From the NCBI GenBank assembly GCA_951406725.2, contig OX597820.1, positions 2,418,001-2,482,000 of the forward strand: a stretch of DNA of 64,000 bases, written 5' to 3'. Of the stretch, positions 39,121 through 52,383 are shown piece by piece. The translations under genes and the position numbers were made by a program. Within the stretch, counting starts at the first letter, position 1; every line of letters begins with the position of its first letter. The notes below the pieces were generated by a model that was not told where the DNA came from, did not search any database, and saw nothing but the letters and a program-made list of their open reading frames with translations. This DNA is from Octopus vulgaris (taxonomy: Eukaryota).

Positions 39121-40741
39121 TTACATGGTATACTATGAATATAATATAATATTATATAACATAAACAATTGTATATAAGGGAATTGTTATTGTGTACATA
39201 CTCTTTTGCTTGTTTCAGTCATTTGACTGTGGCCATGCTTGGAGCACCGCCTTTAGTCGAGCAAATCGACCCCAGGACTTATTCTTTGTAAGCCTAGTAC
39301 TTATTCTATCGGTCTCTTTTGCCGAACCATGTGGTTCGTAAGCAAGCTGTCAGAAAATGTATATAAATCTAAACAATTTGTTGGCCATTCATGGTTTTTT
39401 TTTAATAATTATGTTATATTATATTCATAGTATATCATGTAATATTGTAAATATAAATAAATTATTGGATTGTCAAAGGTATCTCTGTTTAATTTATCTT
39501 TGTTATATATATATATATATATATATTTTATTACCAAACACATATACATAACATATATGCTGCATGTATTTTCCAAAAGACTGCAAATTGGTATGGTGGA
39601 GAATAGTCTCTCAAAGGACTGGATGTTGAAACACCTGAAAGTCACCTCTAATCCCATCTAGGAGTGATGGCCATCAATGTTTTGCCATTTTTGTGGCTTG
39701 CCAACATAATGTACCCAATCAAGATTAGAGATGAATCATCTCAGGTATGTGATGTTGAAAAGCCATAAAAATGGTGACACATCAATATCTATCACTCCTA
39801 GATGCAGTTAGAGGTGAGTTAACTTACCTGTCCATGACTTCGAGGTGTTTTAACACCTGGTGCTTTGGGAGACAGTATTCTCAATCATAAAGGACCAGCA
39901 AATACACAGGGCTTATACAATAAGTATATGTGCCTGATAATGGTTATTGCACTAGAGCTGCCTCTGTTTCATATTTGATTTGGATGCCAGAATGAATGTC
40001 AGTGTGTCACACTTTGCCCCCCCTTCTCACTATTCAGTGACACTTCCACTATTCCTCATGATGGGGTGAGAGTAATAATAGGCATAGAGACGGTAGTAGA
40101 TTGATGGTTGTGATGGTAATGGGGTGACAGTAATAGTATGAGCTGTAGTTGTGATAGAGGGGGAGGCAATGGTGATGATGATGATGATGGTGGTGATCAA
40201 TCAGAGATGATAGTGATAGTAAGCAATGTGAAAGACAGTGGTGATGGTGGTGGAGGGGAAGGTGGTGAAGTCAAAGATATCAATGGTAGTGGCATCAGAA
40301 GTCTGAATGGTGTGTGTGTATGCCAGTTGTGGTGGCAATGGTAATGGTTGAAAACACTGAACAGAAAGAGAGAGAGAGAAAGAAAGAGGTTAGACAGAAA
40401 GAAAAACTTGTACTGACCCCCGAATGGGAAGACAAAATGTTGTTTATCATGCAGCTTTGCAATAAGTTCCAAGTCGACAAATTATATCCTTGTTTTGATG
40501 AATATTGTTCATTGCTTGAAAACTATTGGTCAAGTTTAATAAAATGTAATATATACTCAATGCATGAAGTGTCATTGTTGAGCCCAAGGACAAATGGAGA
40601 GCCCTCCAGCACAGGAGCTAGCTTAAAAGCCACTCGACAGGGCTGCTTTTAAGCTTATATATATATTTAGATTAGTTGAAATATGTTTGTCACATATTTC
40701 AACTGTTAAAGGCAAATACACTGCAGTGTCGTGGAGAAAAA

Positions 40742-40798
<57 letters not shown>

Positions 40799-41387
40799 TA
40801 CATACATACATAAAAAAGCGAGTGTAAAATGATTCATAAGGAATCCTAAACATGTATAAAATTTTCACGGCCGTTTTGAAAAGATAAAGGTTGCTATGGG
40901 TGAGCTAACTCCAACCATAGCAATTCTCTATATTTCTCTCATCAAAGTTAATGGATTCACAAAGTTAAAACTTCAAAAGATATGATAGGTTAGATGAAGT
41001 TTTTTGCATATTTATAATCTGCAAAAAAATCCAACACATTCTCTTACAGCTGTTTCAATTTAGCCTAAAAGATTAAATTACAAGAATTAAATCATTGTAT
41101 TAGGCAAAATCTCATCTGGCTCTTTCCAGAGGTATGGCAAGGTGGTGGATCCAACTGTCACACACCTGGCCTTCCTGCAGCAACCTTCTCCAGCCAGGGT
41201 TTGACCACAGCCTCCAACAGCTTCACATAGCTAACTGAAGTGAGCTTAAGGTCCTGCAGTTTTGGGGTAAATTTTGAGATGCAGATACAGTCAGGATACC
41301 TGCTGTGTGCCTTCCTGCTCACCACACCTTCATCGTCTTCACTGCAGTGTCCATGTCATACAGTCAGCATTTTCATACCCAACATGA

Positions 41388-41920
41388 ATCATCATCATCG
41401 TTTAGCGTCCGCTTTCCATGCTGGCATGGGTTGGACGGTTCAACTGGGGTCTGGGAAGCCAGAAGGCTGCACCAGGCCCAGTCTGATCTGGCAGTGTTTC
41501 TACAGCTGGATGCCCTTCCTAGCGCCAACCACTCCATGAGTGTAGTGGGTGCTTTTTATGTGCCACCAGCATAGGTGCCAGACGAGGCTGACAACAGCCA
41601 CGATCAGATGGTGCTTTTTACGTGCCACCGGGACGGAGGCCAGATGGGCTGGCATTGGCCACGATCGGATGGTGCTTTTTTCGTGCCACCGGCACGGAGG
41701 CCAGTCGGGGCGGCATTGGCAACGGCCGCGTTCGGATGGTTCTCTTACGTGCCACCGGCACCGGTATCACAGCTACAATTTCCATTGATGTTGATCGATT
41801 TCGATTTTGATTTTCACTTGCCTCAACAGGTCTTCACAAGTAGAGTTTTGTGTCCCAAGAAGGAAAGGTATGCATAAGTGGACTGGTTACATCCCAGGTA
41901 GAGGCCACGGGTTATGGCCT
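41388..41920 (-). mobile_element. SINE family C with (GAT)n tail and internal tandem sub-repeats (other copies about 7995-8370, 9953-10340, 11880-12052, 13784-14470, 24490-24977, 48572-48950, 59577-59887, 61110-61443)
   Basis: Shared AGGAAGGGCATCCAGCTGTAGAAAC..CCAACCCATGC.AGCATGGAAAGCGGACG.TAAACGATGATG 3' end and GTGGCACGTAAAAAGCACC sub-repeats. Confidence 0.85.
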
Positions 41921-43367
41921 CTACCTATATTACGAATCATCGTAATATAAGAGAAACTCTTCCAATCCTCCATGTCCACTAACATTTATTCTTAACTTCA
42001 ACTTTCATCTTTTTGCTCTCCAACACCATCGACTGGTCACCAATATATCAAGCTGTTCTTGGAAAAAGAAAACATAAGAAAAATCATCAAATTTAGCCCA
42101 AAGACCATATCTACCTTGTCCTTTTTTTTTTTTTCTTTTTAGTTAATAAGATGTAATTTGTGGGAGATCTGGCTGCCATTTCTAGCAGTTCTAGTGATGA
42201 TATAGGGACTCCCTCAATACTTTAGCCACGGTTGTAGATTACTACTTGGCAAGGAAATTGGGTCAGGGAGTATATTCTTTAACCCCAGGTCAGCCTTAAT
42301 CGAGAAACAATAAGATTAAAGGCATTCTATAATCATGAACATCCTGGGGTTTTTTTAGGGCATAATGTATCTAGTGTTACATTATGTGATGTATCATTCC
42401 TTTTTTTAAGACTATAATTTGAAAGAGAAATGCCTGTTTGTTTCTAGCAGGTCAAGCAATCACGTACAGGCTCCTGCTTGTCCTGTTTATGTTTGTTAAT
42501 GTAAGGTAAATCCATTTCTTCCTCCGTTTGACTCCTATTTTCTTTCTCTGACCCAGTTTCACACTGTTTCGCTTATATTGTTAATACCCTGAGGGAAATC
42601 TATAAACCACAAGCCAGTCTGTTTTCTTTTCATCTCCATGAATCTGAGATCTCAAACCCTATGTAAATACAAAGATGAATTTTACATCTTCATGAAGATC
42701 CACAACATCATCATCATCATCATCATCATTGTTAAATTTACAGTCAAAAATATATATTTTGTTTATTAGACACCCTCCCCTCAAAGCTCTCATTAGCCAC
42801 TGATTCCAGTTGTAATTCAACTGGAATCAATGAAATTCTCTTTTTTTCCTCCCGAGCCCCTGGACTCATTTAGCTGGTTACCCATTTCCCATGGCATATT
42901 AAATGACTGAGATCATAACATTTCCCCGAATGGGTTGTTGGTCCATTGCAGGGTACAAATACATCAACCCCAGTACATGACTGGTATTTTATTTTATTGA
43001 CCCCGAGGAGAGGAAAAGCAAGGCTGACATCAACAGCATTTGAACTCTAAAGAAATGCTGCCAAGCACTCTCTCTGACATGCTAACGATTCTGCCAGCTC
43101 ACTGCCTTGTTGTTAATATAGATATGTAATAATTAACTTCCATGTTAATTATCCTTTCATGTCATTAGTTCACCAATCCTCGCTAAATGGTGGGTAAAAG
43201 TGATGTTATCACAAATTGCTTCTATTAACACTGTTATCTCTGAGTTAATATAAAAGATTCAGTGAAAGCAACTTCTCTAGTGGAGGCTGCCAAGTCTTCA
43301 TCAACAAACTCCAAACTCTTTTACAGTCTTATAAGTTGGCAGGGGGGGGAGGACAGCACGTTTTGAC

Positions 43368-43596
43368 CCCTTTCGTTACCGTGTTTTGTTTTGTTTTTAG
43401 ATGCTCTGTGTTTCTTTCAATTAACTTTAAATAGAACAAAGAATTTAGTTAAAAAACTTAGTTATCATTCAGCTGCTGTTAGGAACATAAATTGTGACTA
43501 AGGTTTGGTGGAAGAATTTTGAGGCAGAACTTATGAAAACAAGACATTTGTACTACAGAGCCAGAGGCAGCTTCGGCTGGGTTGGTATCGAAAGGG
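43368..43596. mobile_element. piggyBac-type MITE (another copy at about 26620-26822)
   Basis: CCCTTTCGTTACC ... GGTATCGAAAGGG-TTAA with the same internal sequence. Confidence 0.8.
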
Positions 43597-44059
43597 TTAA
43601 GAGCTGAATCTAAGGAACAAATAGGCTCAGATGTGGCTGTGTGGTTAAGAAGTTTACTTCACAGCCATATGGTTTTGGGTTCAGTCCCACTGCATGACAC
43701 CTTGGATAAGTGTCTTCTACTATAACCCCCAGCTGAGCAAAGCCTTGTGAGTGGATTTGGTAGATGAAAACTGAAAGAAGTCTTGACATCCTGTGATAGT
43801 CGTAAACATGTGTCACTGTCCTCTAAGCAGTGTCAATCATTTCCAGTATTCTGTGGAAACGTCTGGCCATGGGGAAATATTACCTTACTTGGAAACAGGT
43901 GAGGGTTGGCTACAGATATCCTGTCACAGAAAATCCACCTTGATAGACCCCAACTGACCAACGCAAGCATGGAAAAGTGGACATTAAAAAACAGTGATGA
44001 TCTAGACTGTGTAAATATTAAAAGATGTAGTTAAAAGTTCAAAAACATTTATAGTTTTG

Positions 44060-44453
44060 CATTATTTACATTTGACAGATGACTTAGTTATCATTAAGTT
44101 AGGGTTAGGAACATAATTTGTGACTAAAGAAGGATAGGAAAATATTAGATTTATAAGCCCTAAAATTCACTCCATAATTGCCCATGGGCATATGATGCAG
44201 TGGTTAAGAGCACGGGCTACTAACCCCAAGATTCCGAGTTTGATTCCAGGCAGTGGCCTGAAGAACAATTATAATAACATTGAAAAATACCTTAGGAATG
44301 AGAGCCCAAGTTTGAAATTTTCCCAAGACACCTGATGAAGGCCAGAGGGTATATCAGCTGAAATGTTGTGTTAAAAACAAACAAGATGAGGACAAATATC
44401 TGTCGAATGTAAATAATGTACATAATTCCTCATCTCTTAAATATAGAACTGTA
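44060..44453 (+). mobile_element. tRNA-cassette plus hammerhead element, copy 4 (most complete)
   Basis: Inverted-tail remnant 44060-44080, 5' extension shared with copy 3, tRNA-like 44187-44258, hammerhead 44327-44372, tail ending TATAGAACTGTA. Confidence 0.78.
44327..44372 (+). ncRNA. Minimal type-I hammerhead ribozyme motif
   Basis: GACAC-CTGATGA-A-GGC...GCT-GAAATGTT-GTGTT. Stem I is GACAC/GTGTT and the conserved core boxes are present. Confidence 0.6.
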
Positions 44454-46399
44454 TTATTTATAGTTTTCTTCAATATTTTAAAGTTCTAAATTTTAAAAAC
44501 AATGAAAAAATGAAACAGGGAAAATATGTTTTCAATAAATAAATTTATTTTTTAGGGGTTTTTTTTCTTTTCTTTTCTGTTTTCCTCTTCTCTGTTTCAT
44601 TCTGCAAAAGAATTTCAAGATTGTGTCCTAAAGCTACAAATAATGATTCCATGTGTGGCAGTAGGTCACACATTTTAAGGCAAGGCTGTCTAATTGAATT
44701 GATGTATGTATGTGTGTGTGTGTGTGTGTGGTATTTATATTGCGGGCATTGAGGAGGTGAAAATGATTTCATTTACAGATCTGTTTCAAGGATGGGTTCT
44801 TTATTAAATACTATGCATTGTTGGAGCGACTCTGGCCCTCATCTTGTGTGGCTTTGTTTATAATGCATCTGCTCAATCTGCTGTGAAATAAGAATTTCAA
44901 TTGTAATAGGGGTTTTTGATGGGTTTTTTTTTATTATTTACTTGTTTTAATCATTGGACTGTGGCCAGGCTGGGGCACCGCCTTGAAGGGTTTTCATCAA
45001 ATAAATTGACTCCTGTGTTTATTTTTTTCAAGTCTGCTACTTATTTGATCAGAATCTTTTGCTGAACTAGGATGTAAACAAACCAACACTGGTTGTCAAG
45101 CAATGCAGTGGGGGACAAACACAGACACACACACAAATAAAACGCATACATATATATATATATATGTCAATAGCAAGCTTGCACAGTTTGCACCTACCAA
45201 ATTCTCTCACAAGGCATTGATTGGCCCAAGGCTATAGTTGAAGACACTTGTAGAACTGAACATGGAACCACATGGCTGCAAAACAAGCTTCTTAACCCCG
45301 CAGCCATGCTATGGTCTTTTCTGTGTGTGTGTGTGTGTGTGTTTGCTTTGCCTCTTTGTATCTCTTTGTCTTGACATTGAGCCATGGTTGTAAACAAGTA
45401 TCACCACCACACAAGCAGTGTTCTTTGTTTCTGATCTGCCATGAAAAGAAAATGTGTCCTTCAGTGCAAAGCCTGCTTCTCCACCACATGGTTCCAGGTT
45501 CAGACCTTGGGTAAGTGTCTGCTACTGTTGCATGGAACTGACCAAAGCCTTGTGAGTGGATTTGGTAGACGGAAACTGAAAGAAGCCTGTTGTGTATGTA
45601 TATAGGTGTGTGTGTGCCCTTGTGTCTGTGTTTATCTTTCCCCCCACCCACCTCCACAACTTGGACAACTAGTGTTGGTGTGTTTATGTCCCCATAACTT
45701 AGCAGTTCAGCAAAGGAGGCTGAAAGAATAAGTACTAGGCTTTAAATATATATATATATAATAATAAATCCTGGAGTTGATTCAACTAAAAATTCTTCGA
45801 GGCGGTGCCCCAGCATGGCCACAGTCTAATGGCTGAAACAAGTGAGAAAGATAAAAACAAAAAGATATTTGTGTGTTTATGTCCTTGTAACTTAGCAGTT
45901 CAGCAAAAGAAACCAATAGAATAAGTACCAGGGGGGTTGATTTGTTCGACTAAAAACGGTGCTCCAGCATGGCCACAGTCAAATGACTCAAACAAATAAA
46001 TGAAATAAATATTCGGTCATGAGAAAATATTAACTTGTTTGGAAACAGGCGAGGGTTAGTGACAGCAAGGGCATCGGTCCATCGAGAATATGCCTCAACC
46101 AATTTTTTGTCACCCATGGAAGCAGGGAATGTGAACATCAAAACGATATTGAGGATGACTTGTTAAGGTTATCTCTCCAAATATTCTATAGAGATCATTG
46201 CCAGCACAGATTTTTGTTCCAATGTTTCCAAGACATCAGAGGTAAACAAACAATGAGATCAGGAAGGGTTTTTGTAAGTTTCGGTTTTCCGTTTTGCCCA
46301 TCCTAAAGTAAGCACAGAATCTGGTCAGTTAGAGAAGATAGTCCCTTCTGTGGATGTTGACCGGAGGCATTTTAGTTGGGCACACTCTTGTATTTTACC

Positions 46400-46609
46400 C
46401 GATATGCGGATGCGATGCCCAAAGAACAATCAGCCAGACAGACATAAAGCCAAATGGTCAAGAGGCCGAAAAGACATACGGAAATTAAAATTTAATCTCA
46501 TTAAATCTTAAGTGACCAAATTGGTGAATTGGTCATTAAACTATATAGGTAGGAATGTTTTTTTATTCTTTTTAGGCTTTATGTCCATTCGGCATCCTGT
46601 CCGCGCACG
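46400..46609. mobile_element. Small TIR element with 8-9 bp TSD
   Basis: ATTTTACC(C) direct repeat at 46392 and 46610. Imperfect TIRs contain GACATAAAGCC/GGCTTTATGTC. Confidence 0.55.
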
Positions 46610-48530
46610 ATTTTACCCTATGGGTGAAGGGGGTGTGGATTAGCAACTAAGGGTATTTGGCTCAAGATCATAAGGTCATGAGATTGATCCCTGGTGGCAC
46701 ATTGTGTCCTTGAGCAAGACACCTTGCCTCAGTCCACTCAGCCAGCAAAAATTGTAATTGTACCAGTAATTGAAAGGGCCAGCCTTGCCACATTCTGCAT
46801 CATGTTGTATCTCCCTGAGAACCACTACTAAGGGCACACGTGTCTGTGGAGTGCTCAGCCACTTGCACATTAATTTCACAAACAGGCTGTTGCATTGATT
46901 GGATCCACTGCCAACACTCATTGACATAACCGGCGGAGTGCCAGTTTGGGTGAATCACCAGTAACTTAAAAGAACCATTAGTCTTATAGATATATGGGCT
47001 TGTGTCTTTAGATGCATATGTAAACACACACACACATATATAAATACACATGTACACACAAGTGTAAGCTGAAATCTGAGTTATACAGCTATCCAAATGA
47101 ATAGATGTTTTATGAATCCATGATGAGGGTGGAAATAGAAAATAACTGACTAAACAATCAAGTCTTTTTTTGTAATAATAATGAAATGATCTTCTTATAT
47201 AACGGTTCTTCAAATAAGCAAGAGGTCTCTGAGTGTTAGAAGCGTATCTGTGTATGTACAGGGTGGTGGTGGTGGTGGTGGGAGCAGCAGTGGCGACAAG
47301 GGAGGGGCTGTTTTGGTTTACGTCTGACTTTCACCAATGATATTATTGAAGTAACTGCAAAAGTTCTAACAAGGAATTGAAACAAAACCTCGTCTTTCAT
47401 TGCAAAGAAATTCCAGTCACAGCATCGCAACATTGTACCACCAACACCAATGAGAAGTGGTGGTTCCAAATTATTCTCGTCACTTTACATTAAAGGGAGT
47501 AGGAAGACTGGAAGATTTGGCATTCATGCCTTGTCTACAGAAAGATGTTAACAGTATAATCATGTGTATCCTATTTGAAAAATAGCAGGGTGTGATGCAA
47601 GAGTGATTTGGCTGTTATTTCTAGTAGGTTAAGTGACCACATAGACAATCTGTCTTTGAATCCCTCTTCATGGTATCAGTGAATTATCTCTGCAAAATAT
47701 TTAAGGATTTAATGCCACACACCTTCGTCCACTTTGTTGTAGAGAACAAATACCAACCAATGTTGGTTTGTTTACATCCCTGTAATTTAGCAGTTCAGCA
47801 AAAGAGACCCGTCATCATCATTGTTTAATGTATGCTTTCCCTGCTTGCATGGGATGGACGGTTTAACTGAGGACTGGTAAGCTGGAAAGCTGTACCAGGC
47901 TCCAATCTGATCTGGCAAGGCTTCTACAGTTGGATGCCGGCCGAGAGTGTAGTGGGTGCTTTTTACATGGCACTGGCATCAACCACACTCGAATGGTGCT
48001 TTTTATATGCCAGTCGGGCGGCAATGGCATCAACTACGGTCCTCGAATGCTGCCACTGGCACAGGAGCCAGACAAATACCAGACTTAAAAAGAACTGGTG
48101 TCAATTTCTTCAACTAAAGACTTTGCCCCAGCATGGCCGCAATCCAATGACTGAAACAAGTAAAAGATCAAACATGATGACTCTGATGGCAGGTTTTTCT
48201 TTGCTCCTGTGTGTACCAAAGGAGGAATCATTGTACTTCATATTGAAACCCTGTGAGCACCATTCAACCTCTGCAAAGACAAGCTGACATAAAACATTGA
48301 CGATCGGCAGAGAAGAAACGAGGTCACCGTTTCCTAATTTCTGTGTTGTAAAACTTTCCCAAATCAAAATATTTTTATCTCTGATTTTTCAGTTTGCAGA
48401 TTAAAATTAAGCATTGCTCATTGAGAACCTACAAGCATTCCCATCGGTACCATATGTGTTTGTTATCATCACTGTTACACATTGCCAGAATACATTTTAT
48501 TTAATGGTTGGATGAGGTTTTAAAATAATA

Positions 48531-49683
48531 CAGGGTGCAGCAAAAGTAACGCCCTATTTTTATTTAACTTTTCATCATCATCATCGTTGTCTAACATCCA
48601 CTTTCCATGCTGGCATGGGTTGGACAGTTTGACTGAGGACTGGCGAACCAGGAGACTGTACAAGGCTCCAATCTGATCTGGCAAGGTTTCTATGGCTGGA
48701 TGCCCTTCCTAACGCCAACCACTCCAAGAGTGTAGTGGGTTCTTTTTACATGCCACCGGCACGGGAGCCAGTCAGGTGGCACTTGCATCGACCATGCTCG
48801 AATGGTGATTTTTACATGTCACTGTCACAGGTGCCAGTCAGGTGGCACTGGCATTGACCTTGCTCGAATGGTGCTTTTTATGTGCCATCCAGGTGGCAAC
48901 TGGTATCGGCCATGCTCAAATAGTGCTTTTTACATGCCACTGGCACAGTTACATGTCACTTTTATTGAATGAGAATAAATTACAGTAGTTTTAAGAAAAT
49001 GTATAAGTATTGTGCCAGTGTCATGTAAAAAGCACCTGAATTGGCACCCTGTAAAAAGCACTCCTGCTGGTGTCACATAAAAAGCACCCAGTCCACACTC
49101 TGTAAAGTGGTTGGCATTAGGAAGGGCATTCAGCTGTAGAAACCCTAACCAAAGCAGACAAAGAGAGCCTGGTGCAGTCCTCCAGCTTGGCCAGTGCCTA
49201 TCAAACCATCCAACCCATGGCAGCATAGAAAACAGGCATTAAATGATGATGATGATGATGTCTCATCCGAACATAATCTGTTATGGTTAACAAACTTATT
49301 AGCACACTAATTAACATGTTCAAAATGTTCCCCTTCACATCCAATGCTGAACCCTTCCAGCAACACTTCTACAAACCGTTTGATATGTTTCCCTGTTAAT
49401 ATCAGAAAATATATCAGGAATTGCTTGTGTCAGTTCAGGAAATGTCTTTGGTTTGAACCTGTAAAGAGATTTTGGTACACTCCACAATAAAAGGGTCAGG
49501 TGGCGTTAGTTAGATCTGATGATCAGGATGGGTGGTCATGGCTGAAACATCATTGATCATAAATCTGTTCAAGCAAGATTGCCCTAGGGTTAAATAACAA
49601 CAGCTCCACCAGAAGCAATAATTCCAACACTAGTAGTAGTAGTAGTAGTTAAAGAAAAAGGGCGTTACTTCTGTTGCATCCTG
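48531..49683 (-). mobile_element. Tc1/mariner deletion derivative with nested SINEs
   Basis: TA flanks, TIRs CAGGGTGCAGCAAAAGTAACGCCC / GGGCGTTACTTCTGTTGCATCCTG, decayed transposase C-terminal motifs (SDL/TPPD, G.HFEH) on the minus strand. Confidence 0.75.
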
Positions 49684-49689
49684 TATATA

Positions 49690-50074
49690 AAAAATATATA
49701 AAAGAGAGGTTGTGTGCTGTCTGTCTCCTACGATTTAGATTCCTAACTACTCCCACATTTTGCGATGCAGTTTAACCAAGACCCGGTATCTTATAGTCGT
49801 GATTCATATCGAGCCCTTCTGGGTATTAGTATGAGTCTACGATTTTAAAAATAATTTACCATCATTTTTCCTATTTTTAATGCATTTTTTGGCAATTATA
49901 TAAGGGAAGTAACTCTCTAAAAATGTATTGTTAAATCTCAGAACGTAAAAAGCTACAGTAACACCCCCCTTTGTGGTTAGCCATATTGAGATGGCTATTA
50001 TACTTTACATCTCTAAAAATGCTTATATAGTTATTTCCCTTACAAACCCGAGCAACGCCGGGCGATACTGCTAG
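49690..50074 (+). mobile_element. Non-autonomous Helitron, same family as 62885-63713 but without the helicase fragment
   Basis: Shares about 200 bp of 5' sequence (GATTTAGATTCCTAACTACTCCCACATTTTGCGATGC...) and the 3' end CCCGAGCAACGCCGGGC...CTAG. Confidence 0.8.
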
Positions 50075-50620
50075 TATATATATATATATATATAACTTGT
50101 GTTTTCATCTGTTTGGTTAATGACGAACAATAGTGTGTCACTGTCTTTAAACAAATGGAGGCTTTGCAGTAGGTTGATGTGATGCAGTGAGTGGCATGCC
50201 TCATCTGCAAGTAGGCCTAAAGTACCTGCTGTGTCATATTAGCAATGAACTGCCACCTTCGCTATTCCCCACCACCCATTTGAGCAGATGTTCAGTTCGG
50301 GTGGGGTGGGGGTGGGGGGTTATGTCAGACAACTGCTGTGATATTTCAGAGAGATAAAGCTGTCAACTGACTTCATTATCACAAGTGTCTCACCATTCTT
50401 TGTGACTGCATATATTCTTTTATTCTTTTACTTGTTTCAGTCATTTGACTCCAGCCATGCTGGAGCACCGCCTTTTAGTTGAGCAAATTGACCCCAGGAC
50501 TTATTCTTTGTAAGTCTAGTACTTATTCTTTCGGTCTCTTTTGCCGAACCACTAAGTTTACAGTGGCATAAACACACCAACTTTGGTTTTCACACGATGG
50601 TTGGGGGGGACAGTCTCATG

Positions 50621-50663
<43 letters not shown>

Positions 50664-50995
50664 GACAGGCTTCTTTCGGTTTCCATCTACCAAATCCACT
50701 CACAAGGCTTTGGTTGGCCCGAGGATATAGTAGAAGATACTTGCCCAAGATGCCATGTGGTTGACAAGCAAGCTACTTACCACACATCCACTCCATAAAT
50801 TTTTTGATTTTTATTTAAGGCTTTGTTCGGCCCAAGGCTATAGTAGAAGACACATGCGCAAGGTGCTACACAGTGGGACTGAACCTGGAACAATGTGATT
50901 GGTTAGCAAGCTACTTATCACACAGCCAAACTTTTATTTATTTCAGTCATTGGACTGCAACTAAGCTGGGGAACTGCCGTGAAGAGTTTTTAAGT

Positions 50996-51272
50996 CAGAG
51001 GTTCCCAACGTTATTTTGCTTGTGAACCCCCTGAGAGCTATTTTATCATCTGTGGACCCTGTATATGCACATGTAAATTTTTGAAATAAAATATTTGTTT
51101 GTAGGTTAGTAAAAACTAACAATGAAATGATTTCGTTATATTCATAACATAAATTCCAAATACAAACCTTGAAAACTTCAATAAATACAGGTGCCTGTCC
51201 TAGTAAACAAAATTTATATATGGATCTACTAATTACAAGTTTTTACTCATGGACCCCAGTTGAGAACCCCTA
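50996..51272. mobile_element. hAT-type MITE inserted into a SINE
   Basis: TIRs CAGAGGTTCCCAAC/GTTGAGAACCCCTA and a partial TSD ..TAAGT. Confidence 0.6.
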
Positions 51273-52324
51273 GAATAAGTCAAACAAATTGACTCTAGGA
51301 CTTATTTTTTAAGCCTGGTACTTATTCTATCAGTCTCTGTTGCTGAACCGCTAAGTTACAAGGATACTGGTTATCAAGCAGTTGTGGTGGACAAACACGA
51401 GCATAAAGATGCATACACAGAGTGGTTGGTGTTAAGAAGGGCATCCGGCTGTCACAGTAGCCTAGGATGTTTTTTTCTACCTGGCTGGCTCCTGTCAACC
51501 ATCATACCCATGCATGCATGGAAGACAGACATTAAACGATGATGGGGCAAAGTCATACTAATAACCTAGAACTCAATATGCATGTTTCAGAATAAAGTAT
51601 TAGTTGAGTACAGAGCATTAATATGAAATTAATTACATGACAAAGGAACAGGAATTACATCACCAACTTCATTAGGTTACATCTGTTTCTGTTGTAAGAT
51701 ACAGAGCTGAGTGCTTGTGCATCACCTTAGAGCTTCCTCACAGTTTCTAAAATTGTGTAATTCCTGTTCCCTTGTCATTTATTGAATTTCATTTATTTAT
51801 CTCATTATCCCGTACAGCCTCGTGTAGCTTTGTGTATTCTCATCTACAATGGAGACGAGTACCAATATCCCATGTGACGGGCTTGATAATTGTTGAGATT
51901 TCTCTCTACGTGAAACCATTGGTAGCCTTGTCAACCTAAAAGTAAAGTATGTGTGTGTGTATATATCAGTGACATAGTTTTAACTTTTTCATGCTTGCAT
52001 GTTCAGGCAGATTTTCTATGGCCACATGCCCTTCCTGTCATCAACTCTCACCCCTTTTCAAGTAAAAGTAAAATTTCTTATTGGCTAGACATGCTTATTG
52101 ACGTAGATGACTCTCTTCTCCGTCTCTCTCTCTCTCTCCCCATATATATATATCATCATCACCATCGCTTAAATTGGACAAAATATATATGTATATGCGA
52201 TGTGATGATGATATATATGGGCACAGATAGTGTATCAATAGCCAGCTGGAGGAGATGTCTTCTACAAGCTACAGTAGCATCAACCCTTAACGGTTAGCCA
52301 CATTTAAGTGGCAAATATACTTCA

Positions 52325-52383
<59 letters not shown>

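Noticed and set aside
40314-40652. Protein-like ORF (..PEWEDKMLFIMQLCNKFQVDKLYPCFDEY..)
   Set aside because: No credible acceptor or donor and no recognisable homolog. Left uncalled.
44218-44224. TACTAAC perfect branch-point sequence
   Set aside because: It is the anticodon-like loop of the tRNA cassette, and no polypyrimidine tract or exon follows.
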